Positions 1 through 9,596 of a DNA stretch of 64,000 bases are shown here, in pieces. A model generated the notes under the pieces. That model was not told the DNA's origin. It did no database searches and saw only the letters and a list, made by a program, of their open reading frames with translations. The position numbers were made by a program, and so were the translations under genes. How positions within the stretch are numbered: position 1 is the first letter of the stretch; each line of letters opens with the position of its first letter. This DNA is from Spirochaetia bacterium (GTDB lineage Bacteria > Spirochaetota > Spirochaetia > SZUA-6 > Bin103): NCBI GenBank assembly GCA_965203905.1, contig CBDBDQ010000005.1:2336001-2400000 (forward strand). Reading direction: 5' to 3'.

Positions 1-596
1 GCACGATTTCGTGGATAAGACGCTCGGCAAGGCGATTCCGTACGGGATCTACGACGTGACCGGTGACACCGGCTGGGTGAGCGTGGGGGAGGATCACGAC
101 ACCGCGGTATTCGCCGTGGAGACACTGCGGAGGTGGTGGCAGAGGATGGGCCATATGGCGTATCCACAGGCGCGGCGGTTGCTGATCACGGCCGACGGGG
201 GCGGTTCAAACAGCAGTCGCAGTCGGCTGTGGAAGGTGGAGTTGCAGCAGTTCGCCGATGCCACGGGGCTGCGCATCTCGGTGTGTCACTTTCCGCCGGG
301 GACCAGCAAGTGGAACAAGATCGAGCATCGGATGTTCTGTCACATCACCGAGAACTGGCGCGGGCGACCGCTGGTGAGCCGGCAGGTGGTGGTGAACCTG
401 ATCGGCCACACGAGGACCAGGAGCGGCTTGACGATCCGCTCGGAGTTGGACCACAACAGCTACCCGACGGGGCAGACGGTGAGCGACGAACAGATGCAGG
501 CACTGAATCTGAAGCGCGATCGGTTTCACGGCGAATGGAACTACATGCTGACTCCCCGACAGTGACTAAAAGACCAACTTATTTTGGCGAGACTCC
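1..596 (+). mobile_element. ISAzo13-family insertion sequence, 3' part (truncated by window start)
   Basis: Near-identical to the reverse complement of the end of the complete copy at 56136-57444 (about 3 substitutions seen by eye). Terminal repeat TTATTTTGGCGAGACTCC at 579-596 is followed by TAA. Confidence 0.93.
11..565 (+). CDS. ISAzo13-family transposase, C-terminal part
   Basis: Motifs AIPYGIYD, ITADGGGSN and HFPPGTSKWNKIEHRMF. Protein identical to the C-terminus of ORF 56167-57387. Confidence 0.92.
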   Translation: MDKTLGKAIPYGIYDVTGDTGWVSVGEDHDTAVFAVETLRRWWQRMGHMAYPQARRLLITADGGGSNSSRSRLWKVELQQFADATGLRISVCHFPPGTSKWNKIEHRMFCHITENWRGRPLVSRQVVVNLIGHTRTRSGLTIRSELDHNSYPTGQTVSDEQMQALNLKRDRFHGEWNYMLTPRQ

Positions 597-599
597 TAA

Positions 600-751
600 G
601 CATCTACCCCCGTGATGAGTCGTCGCTTCTGGGACGACTACGAAAGCCTGCTTCCCTCATCGCCCACCCCAGAATCCACCCAGACCCAGCCAGACCCAGC
701 TCGACCCAGCTCGAGGCGGCCTGACCGCTACCACACTGACGGAATGCACCC
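600..751 (+). mobile_element. 3' end remnant of an ISKra4-like element
   Basis: 673-751 (AATCCACCCAGACCCAG...CTGACCGCTACCACACTGACGGAATGCACCC) matches 2935-2993, which follows an ISKra4-type transposase fragment. Ends in CCC, consistent with a GGG-starting inverted repeat. Confidence 0.6.
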
Positions 752-766
752 CAGCGGCACCTTGCC

Positions 767-2065
767 TCACGTCACCGAGTCTCGCGGTGCGGAGCGCTGC
801 CGGCGCTGGTGGCGGTAACGGTGGTGAGCCGCGCAGCGCAAGACGAGGTTCCCCGGCTCCGCGCCGCCGCCAACCGCGACCGGAACGATGTGGTCCATCT
901 CGAGGAAGAAGCGTGAGCCGCAGCGCCGCCCGCTGTCCCAGTCGACGAAGGTGCAGCAGCCCTGGTCGCGCCGCCAAACCTCTCGTTTCACCGCAGCCGG
1001 AATCGATCTGCCCGACGATCTGGCGGACTTCTCCACCGAAGTCGGCTCCCCTGCGCCGCCGGTCCTCCGTTCCGGTGTCGAACTACCGGTTGCCACGCGG
1101 GACTTCGCCGCCGAAGTCGGCTCCGCCGATCCTGCGCCCCCCGTGCTCCGCTCCGAAGTCGAATCGCTAGCTGCCACGCGCGGCTTCGCCGCCGAAGGGG
1201 ACACCGCCGCCGCCGCGACGCGATCTGCCGTCTCCCGCCCCGCTGTCCCGGACGGACGCTCGCCACCCGCAGAGTCTGACTTCCGCTTCCGGCGGCGCGG
1301 CCGGCTCGGATCGTAGCGCTCCAGGCCCTCCCGCACCAGCCGCCCGACGAGTTGCCCAACCGTCAGGTGCGGATCCACGTGCGACAGCAGCTCCCGCAGC
1401 TGCTGCAGTCCACGCTGGCACTCGGCGTCGATCACCGCCTTCAGCTCCCAGCGCCCGTCCCCCAGCGCGCGCAGCCGCTCGGCCGGCGCCGCCGCCTCGG
1501 GATCCACCTCCGCCAGCATCTGCTGCACCTGCCGCGTGCTCTTGCCCACCGCCTGCTCCACCAGCTGCTGCCGGGCGTGCGCATCCAGCACCGGCGATGG
1601 CGCACCCTCCGCCTCGCCCGGCGTCGCGGATGGAGCCGAGCCGGCACGCGGCGCGGCGTTGGTGCCGGCTCCCGGCGATCCGGTGGCGGTCCGTCCGCCT
1701 GCGCTGCGGTCCCAGCGCTCGAACGAGTTCTGCAACAGGGCGGCGTTGCTCAGGTTCAGCGAGCCGTCCTGCAGCCACGCGCGCACCCCGCGGGTCTCGC
1801 GGCACAGGCGCATGGCCTTGATACGGCGCCACGCGGCTGCCTCGGTATAGTGCAGCTCGCGCACGGTGTAGTCGAACAAGCTGGAGTAGCCGAGGCGCAG
1901 GTACAGGCGCCGGGCCTCGATTTCGCGCAGGTGGTCGAGGACGCTGAGCTGCAGCGCCTGCTCGTGGCGGGCGAGCATTCTGGTCCGCTCCAGCAGCACC
2001 TGGTCGGGGAGCACGGCGACCGTGGAGAGGAGCTCTTCGGAGGCTGACTCGGTCACGTTCGTCAT
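767..2065 (-). CDS. HNH endonuclease with long helical N-terminal region (DUF222-like) and low-complexity linker
   Basis: C-terminal RSIPAAVKREVWRRDQGCCTF...RCGSRFFLEMDHIVPVAVGG...NLVLRCAAHH (HNH/Zn). N-terminal 'LYLRLGYSSLFDYTVRELHYTEAAAWRRI'. ATG at 2065 lies 6 nt after TGGTATATT. Confidence 0.85.
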   Translation of the reverse strand: MTNVTESASEELLSTVAVLPDQVLLERTRMLARHEQALQLSVLDHLREIEARRLYLRLGYSSLFDYTVRELHYTEAAAWRRIKAMRLCRETRGVRAWLQDGSLNLSNAALLQNSFERWDRSAGGRTATGSPGAGTNAAPRAGSAPSATPGEAEGAPSPVLDAHARQQLVEQAVGKSTRQVQQMLAEVDPEAAAPAERLRALGDGRWELKAVIDAECQRGLQQLRELLSHVDPHLTVGQLVGRLVREGLERYDPSRPRRRKRKSDSAGGERPSGTAGRETADRVAAAAVSPSAAKPRVAASDSTSERSTGGAGSAEPTSAAKSRVATGSSTPERRTGGAGEPTSVEKSARSSGRSIPAAVKREVWRRDQGCCTFVDWDSGRRCGSRFFLEMDHIVPVAVGGGAEPGNLVLRCAAHHRYRHQRRQRSAPRDSVT

Positions 2066-2287
2066 GGCGTAAATATACCACTGGATTGAAAATGCCACGA
2101 ACTTCCAGGTCTCGGACAGGCGTCGGAGATGGCTCAGGACGGGCGTAGCAAGGGCGCTATCGATCCAGCGGGCGCGAAGTGTTCTCTGGAAAGTCGGAAG
2201 CGCCGCTACGGCCCGTAGAGGGCCGTCATGAGCGCGTCAGAATGCGTCAAGTGTTTTCTTGCAAATTTTGGGGATTTTTTGGATCGT

Positions 2288-2705
2288 CAGCCGGCCGCAC
2301 CGGCCGGGACATCTGCCGCACCGCCGCCTGCTGCGATGCCGTCAGAGCCGCCTCGACGTTCACGGCAAAGACCTCCCGCCCCGTCTTCAACGAGACGGCC
2401 GACACCCACACCTCCGGCGCCAGGTCCACGACGTCGCCCATGTTGTCGGCGACGCCCACGGTGTTGACGAACTGATTGACCACGTCGAGAGCGCCAGCGG
2501 CGGACCGGCAGAACGCCTGCACCGCCGCGTCCTCGGTCACGTCGACCACTTCGTGGTACACCGTCGCACCCTGCCCGGTGAGCACCGTGGCCAGGTGTGC
2601 CAGCTCCGCGGCGCGGATGTCGCCGCGCCGGCGCCGGCGAAGGCGCGCGCGATCGCCTCACCGATACCGCCGCAGGCGCCGGTGACGATGACTTTCGATG
2701 CGCTG
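2288..2705 (-). pseudogene. Degraded short-chain dehydrogenase/reductase
   Basis: Rossmann motif KVIVTGACGGIGEAIARAF lies in one frame and VDVTEDAAVQAF...VNTVGV in another. Frameshifted and truncated. Confidence 0.7.
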
Positions 2706-2993
2706 TGAAGGCGCAGCCTGCTGCACCAGGGGTGCGTGGGCCGCCGTAAATCAAGGAACTGCAGGAATCGCACGCCAGTGGGCGCTACAGCAAGCAGCAG
2801 TGCTACGACCTCCAGGGCGAGATCAACTACTTCACGGCCAACCAGAAGCGCATGGACTACCCGCTGTATCGGTCGTGCGGTCTGCCGATCGGCAGCGGGG
2901 TCAGTCGAGGGGGCCTGCAAGAAACGTGGTCGCCAATCCACCCAGACCCAGATCTAGGCTGCCTGACCGCTGCCACAGTGACGGAATGCACCC
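2706..2993 (+). pseudogene. Degraded ISKra4/UPF0236-like transposase fragment plus element end
   Basis: Frameshifted pieces read EINYFTANQKRMDYPLYRSCGLPIGSGV/VEGACK, typical of the ISKra4 C-terminal catalytic-Glu region. They are joined to the end sequence shared with 673-751. Confidence 0.7.
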
Positions 2994-3064
2994 ACGGGCC
3001 CACGGGCCCAATCGGCTCGACTGTCTGGCAACCAGGCGTTAGACTGTGAAGATCGAGCTTCCCC

Positions 3065-3802
3065 ATGGCTGACCACGACGGACACCGTGAACCGGCGACT
3101 CCTGAAGAGGTCTGGAGTATTCTGCGCGAGGTCGCGGAGAGCCAGAAGGAGACCGACCGGCGCATGCAGGAGACCCGCCAACAACTGGAGCGGCAGGGGC
3201 AGGAGACCGACCGGCGCTGGCAGGAGACCCGCCAACGAATGGAGCGGCAGGGACAGGAGACCGACCGGCGCTGGCAGGAGACCCGCCAACGAATGGAGCG
3301 GCAGGGGCAGGAAACCGACCTGCGCCTGCGCAAGCTCGACGAACTGTTCAACGGACAGTGTGGGAAGCTGATGGAGTCCCTCGTCGAGGGCGGCCTCGTC
3401 AAGCTGCTGACAGAGCGCGGCATAGCGGTCGATCACACCATGAACAGTCCGAAGAGGAACTACGGGCCGCAGCGTTGGGAGTTCGACATTCTGGCCGTCA
3501 ACGGCCGGGAAGTCGTGGTGGTGGAGGTGAAGACCACCCTCAAGGTCGACGACGTCGACTACTTCGTGGAACGGCTGCAGGACTTTCCCGAACTGATGCC
3601 CGAGTACGCCGACCGGCGAGTGTACGGCGCGGTGGCGTACCTCAAGTCACACGAGTCGGTGAACGTGCACGCCGGACGGCAGGGCCTGTTCGTGATCCGC
3701 GCTACCGGCAGCAGCGCGAGCATTGCCAACGCCCCGGGATTCACGCCGCGTGCCTTCGGTCGCCGGCGCCAAAGCCGCAACGGCGCCCCCGCTTTACCCT
3801 GA
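3065..3802 (+). CDS. Coiled-coil repeat protein with C-terminal PD-(D/E)XK nuclease-like domain (DUF3782-like)
   Basis: ATPEEVWSILRE start, 18-aa repeats, then GKLMESLV...EFDILAVNG..VVVVEVKTTL. Confidence 0.8.
   Translation: MADHDGHREPATPEEVWSILREVAESQKETDRRMQETRQQLERQGQETDRRWQETRQRMERQGQETDRRWQETRQRMERQGQETDLRLRKLDELFNGQCGKLMESLVEGGLVKLLTERGIAVDHTMNSPKRNYGPQRWEFDILAVNGREVVVVEVKTTLKVDDVDYFVERLQDFPELMPEYADRRVYGAVAYLKSHESVNVHAGRQGLFVIRATGSSASIANAPGFTPRAFGRRRQSRNGAPALP
3149..3320 (+). repeat. In-frame 54-bp tandem repeat (about 3 copies)
   Basis: GAGACCGACCGGCGC...GGAGCGGCAGGGGCAG units encoding ETDRRWQETRQRMERQGQ. Confidence 0.9.
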
Positions 3803-3923
3803 CGCGAGAATCGGGGCGGCGGGGCCGAGGTCCACGTCTTCCTTGGTACGCCCACGATCAGGGACGGCGCCCTTCCCCGCGGAGCGTTTGCGATACGCCG
3901 CAACCCCGGAGTATCGTGTGACA

Positions 3924-4754
3924 ATGCCTATTGCGGCAGTCCTCCGGTTCGACCGCCGCCGGGATGCGCCGGAGCGTCGCGGGAATCTGCGCGGCGCGCT
4001 CCTTTGCATGCTCGCCGGGCTGCTGGTGAGCGGGTGTTCGGGGGCGCTCGAGATCGTCGTGGTCGAAGAAGACCGGCATGGTGACTCTCCGTCCACAGCC
4101 ACGCCGCTCCCCACCCCTGCTCCCCCGCCCGATCCCCCGATCCGCGATGATCCGCCCGCCGGATACCTGGCCGCCGGCGACGTCGATTACTTCGGAGTAA
4201 CCGTGGCGGAGCTGAGCTCTCTGTACGTGGAGAGCGGCGGCACCACCGACACGTTCGGGGAATTGCTCGACAGCCGGGGCCGGTTGTTCGCCGCCGACGA
4301 CAACTCCGGGCCGGGCCGCAACTTCGCCGTCGCACACCGGCTCAGTCCAGGCACCTACTTTCTGCGGGTCACCGGTACCGGAGTGCGGCCGGTCGGACCC
4401 TACACGCTCAGGGCCGCCCGGACGCCGATCACCGAGCATGGCGACACGCGCGCAACCGCCACCTACGTGTCCCTTGGCACCTCGAGTTACGGCTTCATGC
4501 GCCGCGGCGACGTCGACTACTTCAAGTTCGTGGTCGCCCGGCAGGTAGCGCATATCAGAGTGTACTCGACCGGAATCACCGACACCGTGGCGGCCCTGGA
4601 AGACCGCTTCGGCAGGAGGCTGGACATCGACGACGACTCCGGGCCGGGCCGCAACTTCGGCTTCTCGGCGCTGGTCGGCGCCGGCATCTACTACGTCCGC
4701 GTCGAAGGATTCCGCCTGACCACGGCCGGCGACTATCGCCTGTTCATCGAGTAG
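3924..4754 (+). CDS. Lipoprotein with two tandem PPC (pre-peptidase C-terminal-like) domains
   Basis: Lipobox LLVSGC. Twice-repeated D/EHGD...GDVDYF...TDT...DD(N/D)SGPGRNF motif. Confidence 0.75.
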   Translation: MPIAAVLRFDRRRDAPERRGNLRGALLCMLAGLLVSGCSGALEIVVVEEDRHGDSPSTATPLPTPAPPPDPPIRDDPPAGYLAAGDVDYFGVTVAELSSLYVESGGTTDTFGELLDSRGRLFAADDNSGPGRNFAVAHRLSPGTYFLRVTGTGVRPVGPYTLRAARTPITEHGDTRATATYVSLGTSSYGFMRRGDVDYFKFVVARQVAHIRVYSTGITDTVAALEDRFGRRLDIDDDSGPGRNFGFSALVGAGIYYVRVEGFRLTTAGDYRLFIE

Positions 4755-5205
4755 CACCGACACCGGCGATCACCGTTGCAGACTGGTGCATCAGACGTGG
4801 CGGTCCCGAACTGCGCTGGCGGCTGGTGATCCCGGACGAAATAATGGTATATGAGCTATAAAGTATTTCATTGAAAACAAATAGATCATATTCGTATGCA
4901 CTGTTGGAGATGGTGTAGAGCGCCAGTTCGGTCACATTCACGAATTGACGTATTAGTCCCGTAACCCACAAAAAATTCGCCACTTGTCGATCTGACCGTA
5001 GAGGATCTCCCAAGTCTTTGGGATCCTCGGGGACGCAAGTCCATGCTTATCGGCGTAGCGCGCCGCCGCAGACCAGCGCGAGTTCTGCAGCAGCAGAGAA
5101 TCACGAACGCGACCGCCACCGCGGCCACCTCGGTGCCGTCCCTCGCTCTGCCAACTGTCTTGCCGGTAACTGGCGGCGGGTCACCGGGCGGCTGTCCGGT
5201 GCGGG

Positions 5206-7446
5206 TTACTCGCCGTTGGTGGCCTGGTGGGCGAGGATGCCCTCCAGCACGCGGGACGGGGACATCGGCACCTGGCGCAGGCGCACGCCGGTGGCGTCGT
5301 GGATGGCGTTGGCCACGGTCGCCAGCGGCGCCACGATGGCGTTCTCGCCCACGCCGCGCACGCCGTACGGGTGCTTGGGGTTGGGCACCTCGACCACCAC
5401 CGGGTCGATCATCGGCAGATCGAGCGCCACCGGCATGCGGTAGTCCAGGAAGCCGGCGTTCTCCATCACGCCCTGCTCGTTATAGTAGTAGCCCTCGTTG
5501 AGCGCCCAGCCGATGCCCTGCGCGGCGCCGCCCTGGAACTGGCCTTCCACGTAGTCCCGATGCAGCGCGCGGCCGGCGTCCTGGCACACGGTGTAGCGCA
5601 CCACGTCCACCTTGCCGGTCTCCCGGTCCACCTCCACGTCGCAGATGTGGGTGCCGAACGCCGGCGCCGCGAAGCGCGCATTGATCGACGCCTCGGCACC
5701 CAGCGGACCGCCGGTCTGCGACGAGCTCCCGGCCAGCTCGCGCAGCGACAGCGGCTCCTCGGAGCCGTTGCTGCCGCCGTTCAGGTGCGCGGCGCCGTCC
5801 TTCCAGGTAACCTGCTCCTTGTCCACCTCCCACACCTGGGCGGCGCGGTCGCGCAGCTCCTCGATCAGCTTCTGGGAGGCCTCGTGGATCGCCATGCTGC
5901 TGGCGTAGGCGGTGCTGCTGCCCTCGGAGATGCCGTTCATGCCGACCGTGTCGGAGTCGCCGATGGAGGGGTTGACCTCGTCCACCGGGATGCCCAGCTC
6001 CTCGGCCAGCACCATCGCCTGGGCGGCGCGCGAGCCGCCGATGTCGGGGCGCCCGGTGATCAGCGACACGCGCCCGTCGGGCAGCACCGAGATGTTGGCG
6101 GTGGCGTCGCCGCCGATGTTCATCCAGAACCCCGAGGCCACGCCGCGGCCCTGGTTGGGACCGAGCGGCGCGCTGTAGTGCGGGTGCGCCTTGGCGGCTT
6201 CCAGCGTCTCGATCATGCCGATCTCGGGGTAGACCGGGCCGTAGGCCGCCTTGGTGCCCTTCCTGGCGGCGTTCTTGAGGCGGAACTCGATCGGGTCCAT
6301 GCCGATCTCGTCGCAGATCTCGTCGATGATCGTCTCGGTGGCGTGCGCGGCGTTGGGCGCCAGCGGCGCGCGGTAGGGGCGCATGAACGGCTTGTTGACC
6401 AGCACGTTGTAGCCCTTGATGTGGTAGTTCTCGACTTCGTAGGGGGCGGTGAGGCACATCATCCCCAGTCCCATCAGCGGCCCTGGGAAGCTCCCCGACT
6501 CGTACCACAGGTCGGCGTCCACCGCGGTGATGCGGCCGTCCCTGGTGGCGCCCATCTTGAGGCGGATGTGGCTGCCGGGAGCGGGGCCGCTGGAGGTGAA
6601 CACCTCGGCGCGGGTCATCACCATCTTCACCGGGCGGCCCGTCTTCTCGGCCAGGCGGATCGCCACCGGCTCCAGGAACACGGTGGTCTTGCCGCCGAAG
6701 CCGCCGCCGATCTCGGCCGGAATGGTCTTGATTCGTGACGGCGAGACACCGAGCTGCCCGGCGGTCAGGTCGCGGATGGCGAAGTGGCCCTGGCTGGACA
6801 CCCACAGCAGGATGTTGCCGTCCTCGCCGTAGCGGGCGACGCAGGCGTGCGGCTCGATGTAGCCCTGGTGGATGGTGGCGCTGTCGAACTCGTGCTCGTA
6901 GATCACGTCGGCGGCGGCGAAGCCGGCCTCCACGTCGCCGGCGTCGAACACGTCGGTGTTGGAGATGTTGGAGGGCGGCGCGGACTCGTCGCCGTCGGTG
7001 CGCAATTCGGGATCGATGATCACCTTGCCCTGCGCCGCTTCCCACACGTCGGTGACGTGCGGCAGCACCTCGTAGTCCACCTCGATCAGAGCGAGCGCCT
7101 GTTCGGCGATGGTGGGCGTGGCGGCCGCCACCGCGGCGATCGCATGGCCCTCGTAGCGCACGTGGCCGCGGCACATCACCACCTGCGCGCTCACCTGGTC
7201 CGGGGTCTCGGCCGGGAAATCGTCGCCGGTCACCACCGCGAACACGCCGTCGAGCGCTTCCGCGGCGCTGGTGTCGATGGAGCGGATGCGGGCGTGGGCG
7301 TGGGGACTGCGCAGCACCTTGCCGTGCAGCATGCCGGGCAGGTGGAAGTCGGCGCCGTAGTTGGCGCGGCCGGTCACCTTGTCGACGCCATCGTGGCGCA
7401 CCGGGCGGGTGCCCAGTACCCGATAGGCGGTGTTCGTGTCGCTCAT
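5206..7446 (-). CDS. Xanthine dehydrogenase/CoxL-family molybdopterin-binding subunit
   Basis: RHDGVDKVTGRANYGAD, LRSPHAHARI, IGGGFGGK, YRAP and RGVGE motifs. GGAGG RBS before ATG 7446. Confidence 0.92.
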   Translation of the reverse strand: MSDTNTAYRVLGTRPVRHDGVDKVTGRANYGADFHLPGMLHGKVLRSPHAHARIRSIDTSAAEALDGVFAVVTGDDFPAETPDQVSAQVVMCRGHVRYEGHAIAAVAAATPTIAEQALALIEVDYEVLPHVTDVWEAAQGKVIIDPELRTDGDESAPPSNISNTDVFDAGDVEAGFAAADVIYEHEFDSATIHQGYIEPHACVARYGEDGNILLWVSSQGHFAIRDLTAGQLGVSPSRIKTIPAEIGGGFGGKTTVFLEPVAIRLAEKTGRPVKMVMTRAEVFTSSGPAPGSHIRLKMGATRDGRITAVDADLWYESGSFPGPLMGLGMMCLTAPYEVENYHIKGYNVLVNKPFMRPYRAPLAPNAAHATETIIDEICDEIGMDPIEFRLKNAARKGTKAAYGPVYPEIGMIETLEAAKAHPHYSAPLGPNQGRGVASGFWMNIGGDATANISVLPDGRVSLITGRPDIGGSRAAQAMVLAEELGIPVDEVNPSIGDSDTVGMNGISEGSSTAYASSMAIHEASQKLIEELRDRAAQVWEVDKEQVTWKDGAAHLNGGSNGSEEPLSLRELAGSSSQTGGPLGAEASINARFAAPAFGTHICDVEVDRETGKVDVVRYTVCQDAGRALHRDYVEGQFQGGAAQGIGWALNEGYYYNEQGVMENAGFLDYRMPVALDLPMIDPVVVEVPNPKHPYGVRGVGENAIVAPLATVANAIHDATGVRLRQVPMSPSRVLEGILAHQATNGE

Positions 7447-7669
7447 ACTCCCTCCAGAGACGGTCCGCCGTTGCGGCGATGCTGGTTCCGATCGTAAATC
7501 AAAGCAGTCATGTACGGCAACCGCGCCCGCGGGGCATCGATCGCTGGTCCGGGCATCCTCGGCACCTGCCGCCGAGAGAGCTGTGAGGCCCCGCTCAGGT
7601 GATCTCGACATGAGTGCTTGTTCGGAGTATATTCCGATTTAGTAGAACTATTTCGGATCAGATTTCCAA

Positions 7670-8294
7670 TTGTCGGATTACGCCCGCATCCTCGACATCG
7701 ACCTTCCGCATGGCCAGTCGGCGTTCCTCTGGGGTCCGCGCAAGACCGGAAAGTCGACTGGGCGTCGATTCGAAGACGGTGCGGGAGTACTTTCAGATTC
7801 TCGTGGACACCCTGCTCGGTGTCTTCGTGGAGCCATTCACCGGCCGCTCCCGTTCACGCGCCGTCATCGTGCGGGCGCCGAAGTTCTATCTGTTCGACGT
7901 CGGCGTCGCCGGATACCTGAGCGGACGCCGTATCGGGCGCGCGGCCGGCCCCGACTTCGGACGCGCTCTCGAACACTTCGTGCTGATGGAGCTGCTCGCC
8001 TACCGAAGCTATCATGAGTGCGACTTCGCGGTGCGCTTCTGGCGCACCAGGTCGGGCCTGGAATGCGACTTCGTGCTTGGGCGGGAGGGGGAAGTGGCGC
8101 TCGAGGTCAAGGGCGGCGCCAGCCCCGGGCCGCGGGACCTCAGGGCCATGCGCGCCTACGTGGAGGAACATCGTCCTCGCCTCGCCGCCGTGGTCTGCAC
8201 CGCGAGCGCTCCTCGCCGGACGCCCGACGGGATCCTCGTCTTGCCCTGGGAGGAATTCCTGGAGCGCCTGTGGACCGGCGCCATCATCACGTGA
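7670..8294 (+). pseudogene. AAA+ ATPase-DUF4143 gene with large internal deletion
   Basis: Walker A FLWGPRKTGKST is joined out of frame at about 7760 to the C-terminal part GVDSKTVREYFQILVDTLLG...PKFYLFDVG...FWRT..GLECDF...LEVK. Confidence 0.85.
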
Positions 8295-8331
8295 CGAGCG
8301 GCCGGAGAGATTCGCCAAGAGGTAAATCGCG

Positions 8332-8847
8332 ATGAGACGAGTCCGCTACCGTTGCGCCATCAGCCTGGACGGCTACATCGCCGGCCCCGGCGGCGAGTTC
8401 GACTGGATCGTCATGGATCCCGAGATCGACTTCCGCGAGATGATCGGGGAGTTCGACACGCTGCTGGCCGGCCGGCGCTCCTTCGAAGTCGCCGCAGACG
8501 GCGACCAGCGGTTGATGGGCCTGCCCACCTACGTGTTCTCGCGCACGCTGCGCCAGGGCGACTACCGGAACGTCACCGTCGTGGGCGAGGACTGGAAAGC
8601 AACGGTGCAGTCGCTGCGGAAGCGGCCGGGCAAGGACATCTGGCTGTTCGGCGGCGGAGTCCTGTTTCGGAGCCTCGCCAAGGCCGGCCTGGTCGACACC
8701 GTGGAGGTCGCGGTGATCCCGACGATACTCGGCGGCGGCATTCCGCTGGTCGCCGAACCGGCCGCGCGCATCCCGCTGACGCTCACGGACCAGAGAACCT
8801 ACGACAAGACCGGCACCGTCATCCTGGTGTACGCCGTCAACCGGTGA
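8332..8847 (+). CDS. Dihydrofolate reductase/RibD C-terminal family protein
   Basis: AISLDGYIAGPGGEFDWI, GKDIWLFGGG and IPTILGGGIPL motifs. Confidence 0.9.
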   Translation: MRRVRYRCAISLDGYIAGPGGEFDWIVMDPEIDFREMIGEFDTLLAGRRSFEVAADGDQRLMGLPTYVFSRTLRQGDYRNVTVVGEDWKATVQSLRKRPGKDIWLFGGGVLFRSLAKAGLVDTVEVAVIPTILGGGIPLVAEPAARIPLTLTDQRTYDKTGTVILVYAVNR

Positions 8848-8853
8848 GTTGCA

Positions 8854-9240
8854 CTACCAGAGGATTGGAACTGGATAGCGCGCGATCAGCGGATCCGGGG
8901 TCACAAGTGTCAACCCGTTGACGATCGCCTGGGCGATGAGCCCGCGATCGAAGGGGTCACGGTGATGCGGCGGCAGCAGCCCTTCGTGGACGGCGCTGGA
9001 TTCGTCGAAACTCAGCGGCTCGATCCGGAGCGCCTCGCGCCGACTCACCACGTAACGCACGGGCGGCTCGGGCAGAGGCAAGCGCCCAAGCCGATGCTTG
9101 ATTGAGATCTCCCATGCGCAGACCGCGCTGAGAAACACGGCGTTGTCGGGACTGCGGCAGGTGCTGCGGGCACGCGGCGTCAGCCGGGCGTCGTCAGCCG
9201 CCAGCCAGAGAAACGTGCAGGTATCGAGCAGGAGTCTCAC
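8854..9240 (-). CDS. vapC: VapC PIN-domain toxin
   Basis: LLLDTCTFLW...WEISIK...HRDPFDR.LIAQA..LTLVTPD. Confidence 0.92.
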   Translation of the reverse strand: MRLLLDTCTFLWLAADDARLTPRARSTCRSPDNAVFLSAVCAWEISIKHRLGRLPLPEPPVRYVVSRREALRIEPLSFDESSAVHEGLLPPHHRDPFDRGLIAQAIVNGLTLVTPDPLIARYPVPILW

Positions 9241-9485
9241 CCGGATCCACTCCTTCCCTCGAAGGCATCGAGCAGGTCGTCAGGCAACGGGTCGAAGAAG
9301 CTGTCAGGGATCGTCATGCCCCGATCGATCCCCACGGGACGCGGCTGTCGCAGTGGGGCCGGAATCGGCCGCAACTCGGCTATCGGGACGTTTCGGCGAC
9401 AGATGATCACCGTTTCACCCTTGCCAACCTTGTCGAGGTAATGCGACAGACGAGCCTTCGCCTCGGCGACATTGATCTGATTCAT
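9237..9485 (-). CDS. Phd/YefM-family antitoxin
   Basis: MNQINVAEAKARLSHYLDKVGKGETVIICRRNVPIAEL. 4-bp overlap with the toxin gene. Confidence 0.9.
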   Translation of the reverse strand: MNQINVAEAKARLSHYLDKVGKGETVIICRRNVPIAELRPIPAPLRQPRPVGIDRGMTIPDSFFDPLPDDLLDAFEGRSGSG

Positions 9486-9522
9486 AGTCACATAGTAGAT
9501 CAATTAGTTGACTATATCTACT
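9485..9522 (-). promoter_or_regulatory. Putative leaderless promoter and operator of the TA operon
   Basis: TACTAT lies 6 nt before the ATG. Inverted repeats AGTAGAT/ATCTACT (9494-9500, 9516-9522) and TAGTCA/TGACTA. Confidence 0.55.
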
Positions 9523-9596
9523 GTCGATACTCTATGCGACGTGGATCCCCTGCGGGCCAGGGGGGATTGAAGTACGCTTCTGTTACACTGGCCGCG

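Noticed and set aside
3149-3320. CRISPR-like array
   Set aside because: The repeats are contiguous, in frame and have no unique spacers, so this is a coding tandem repeat. No cas genes are present in the window.
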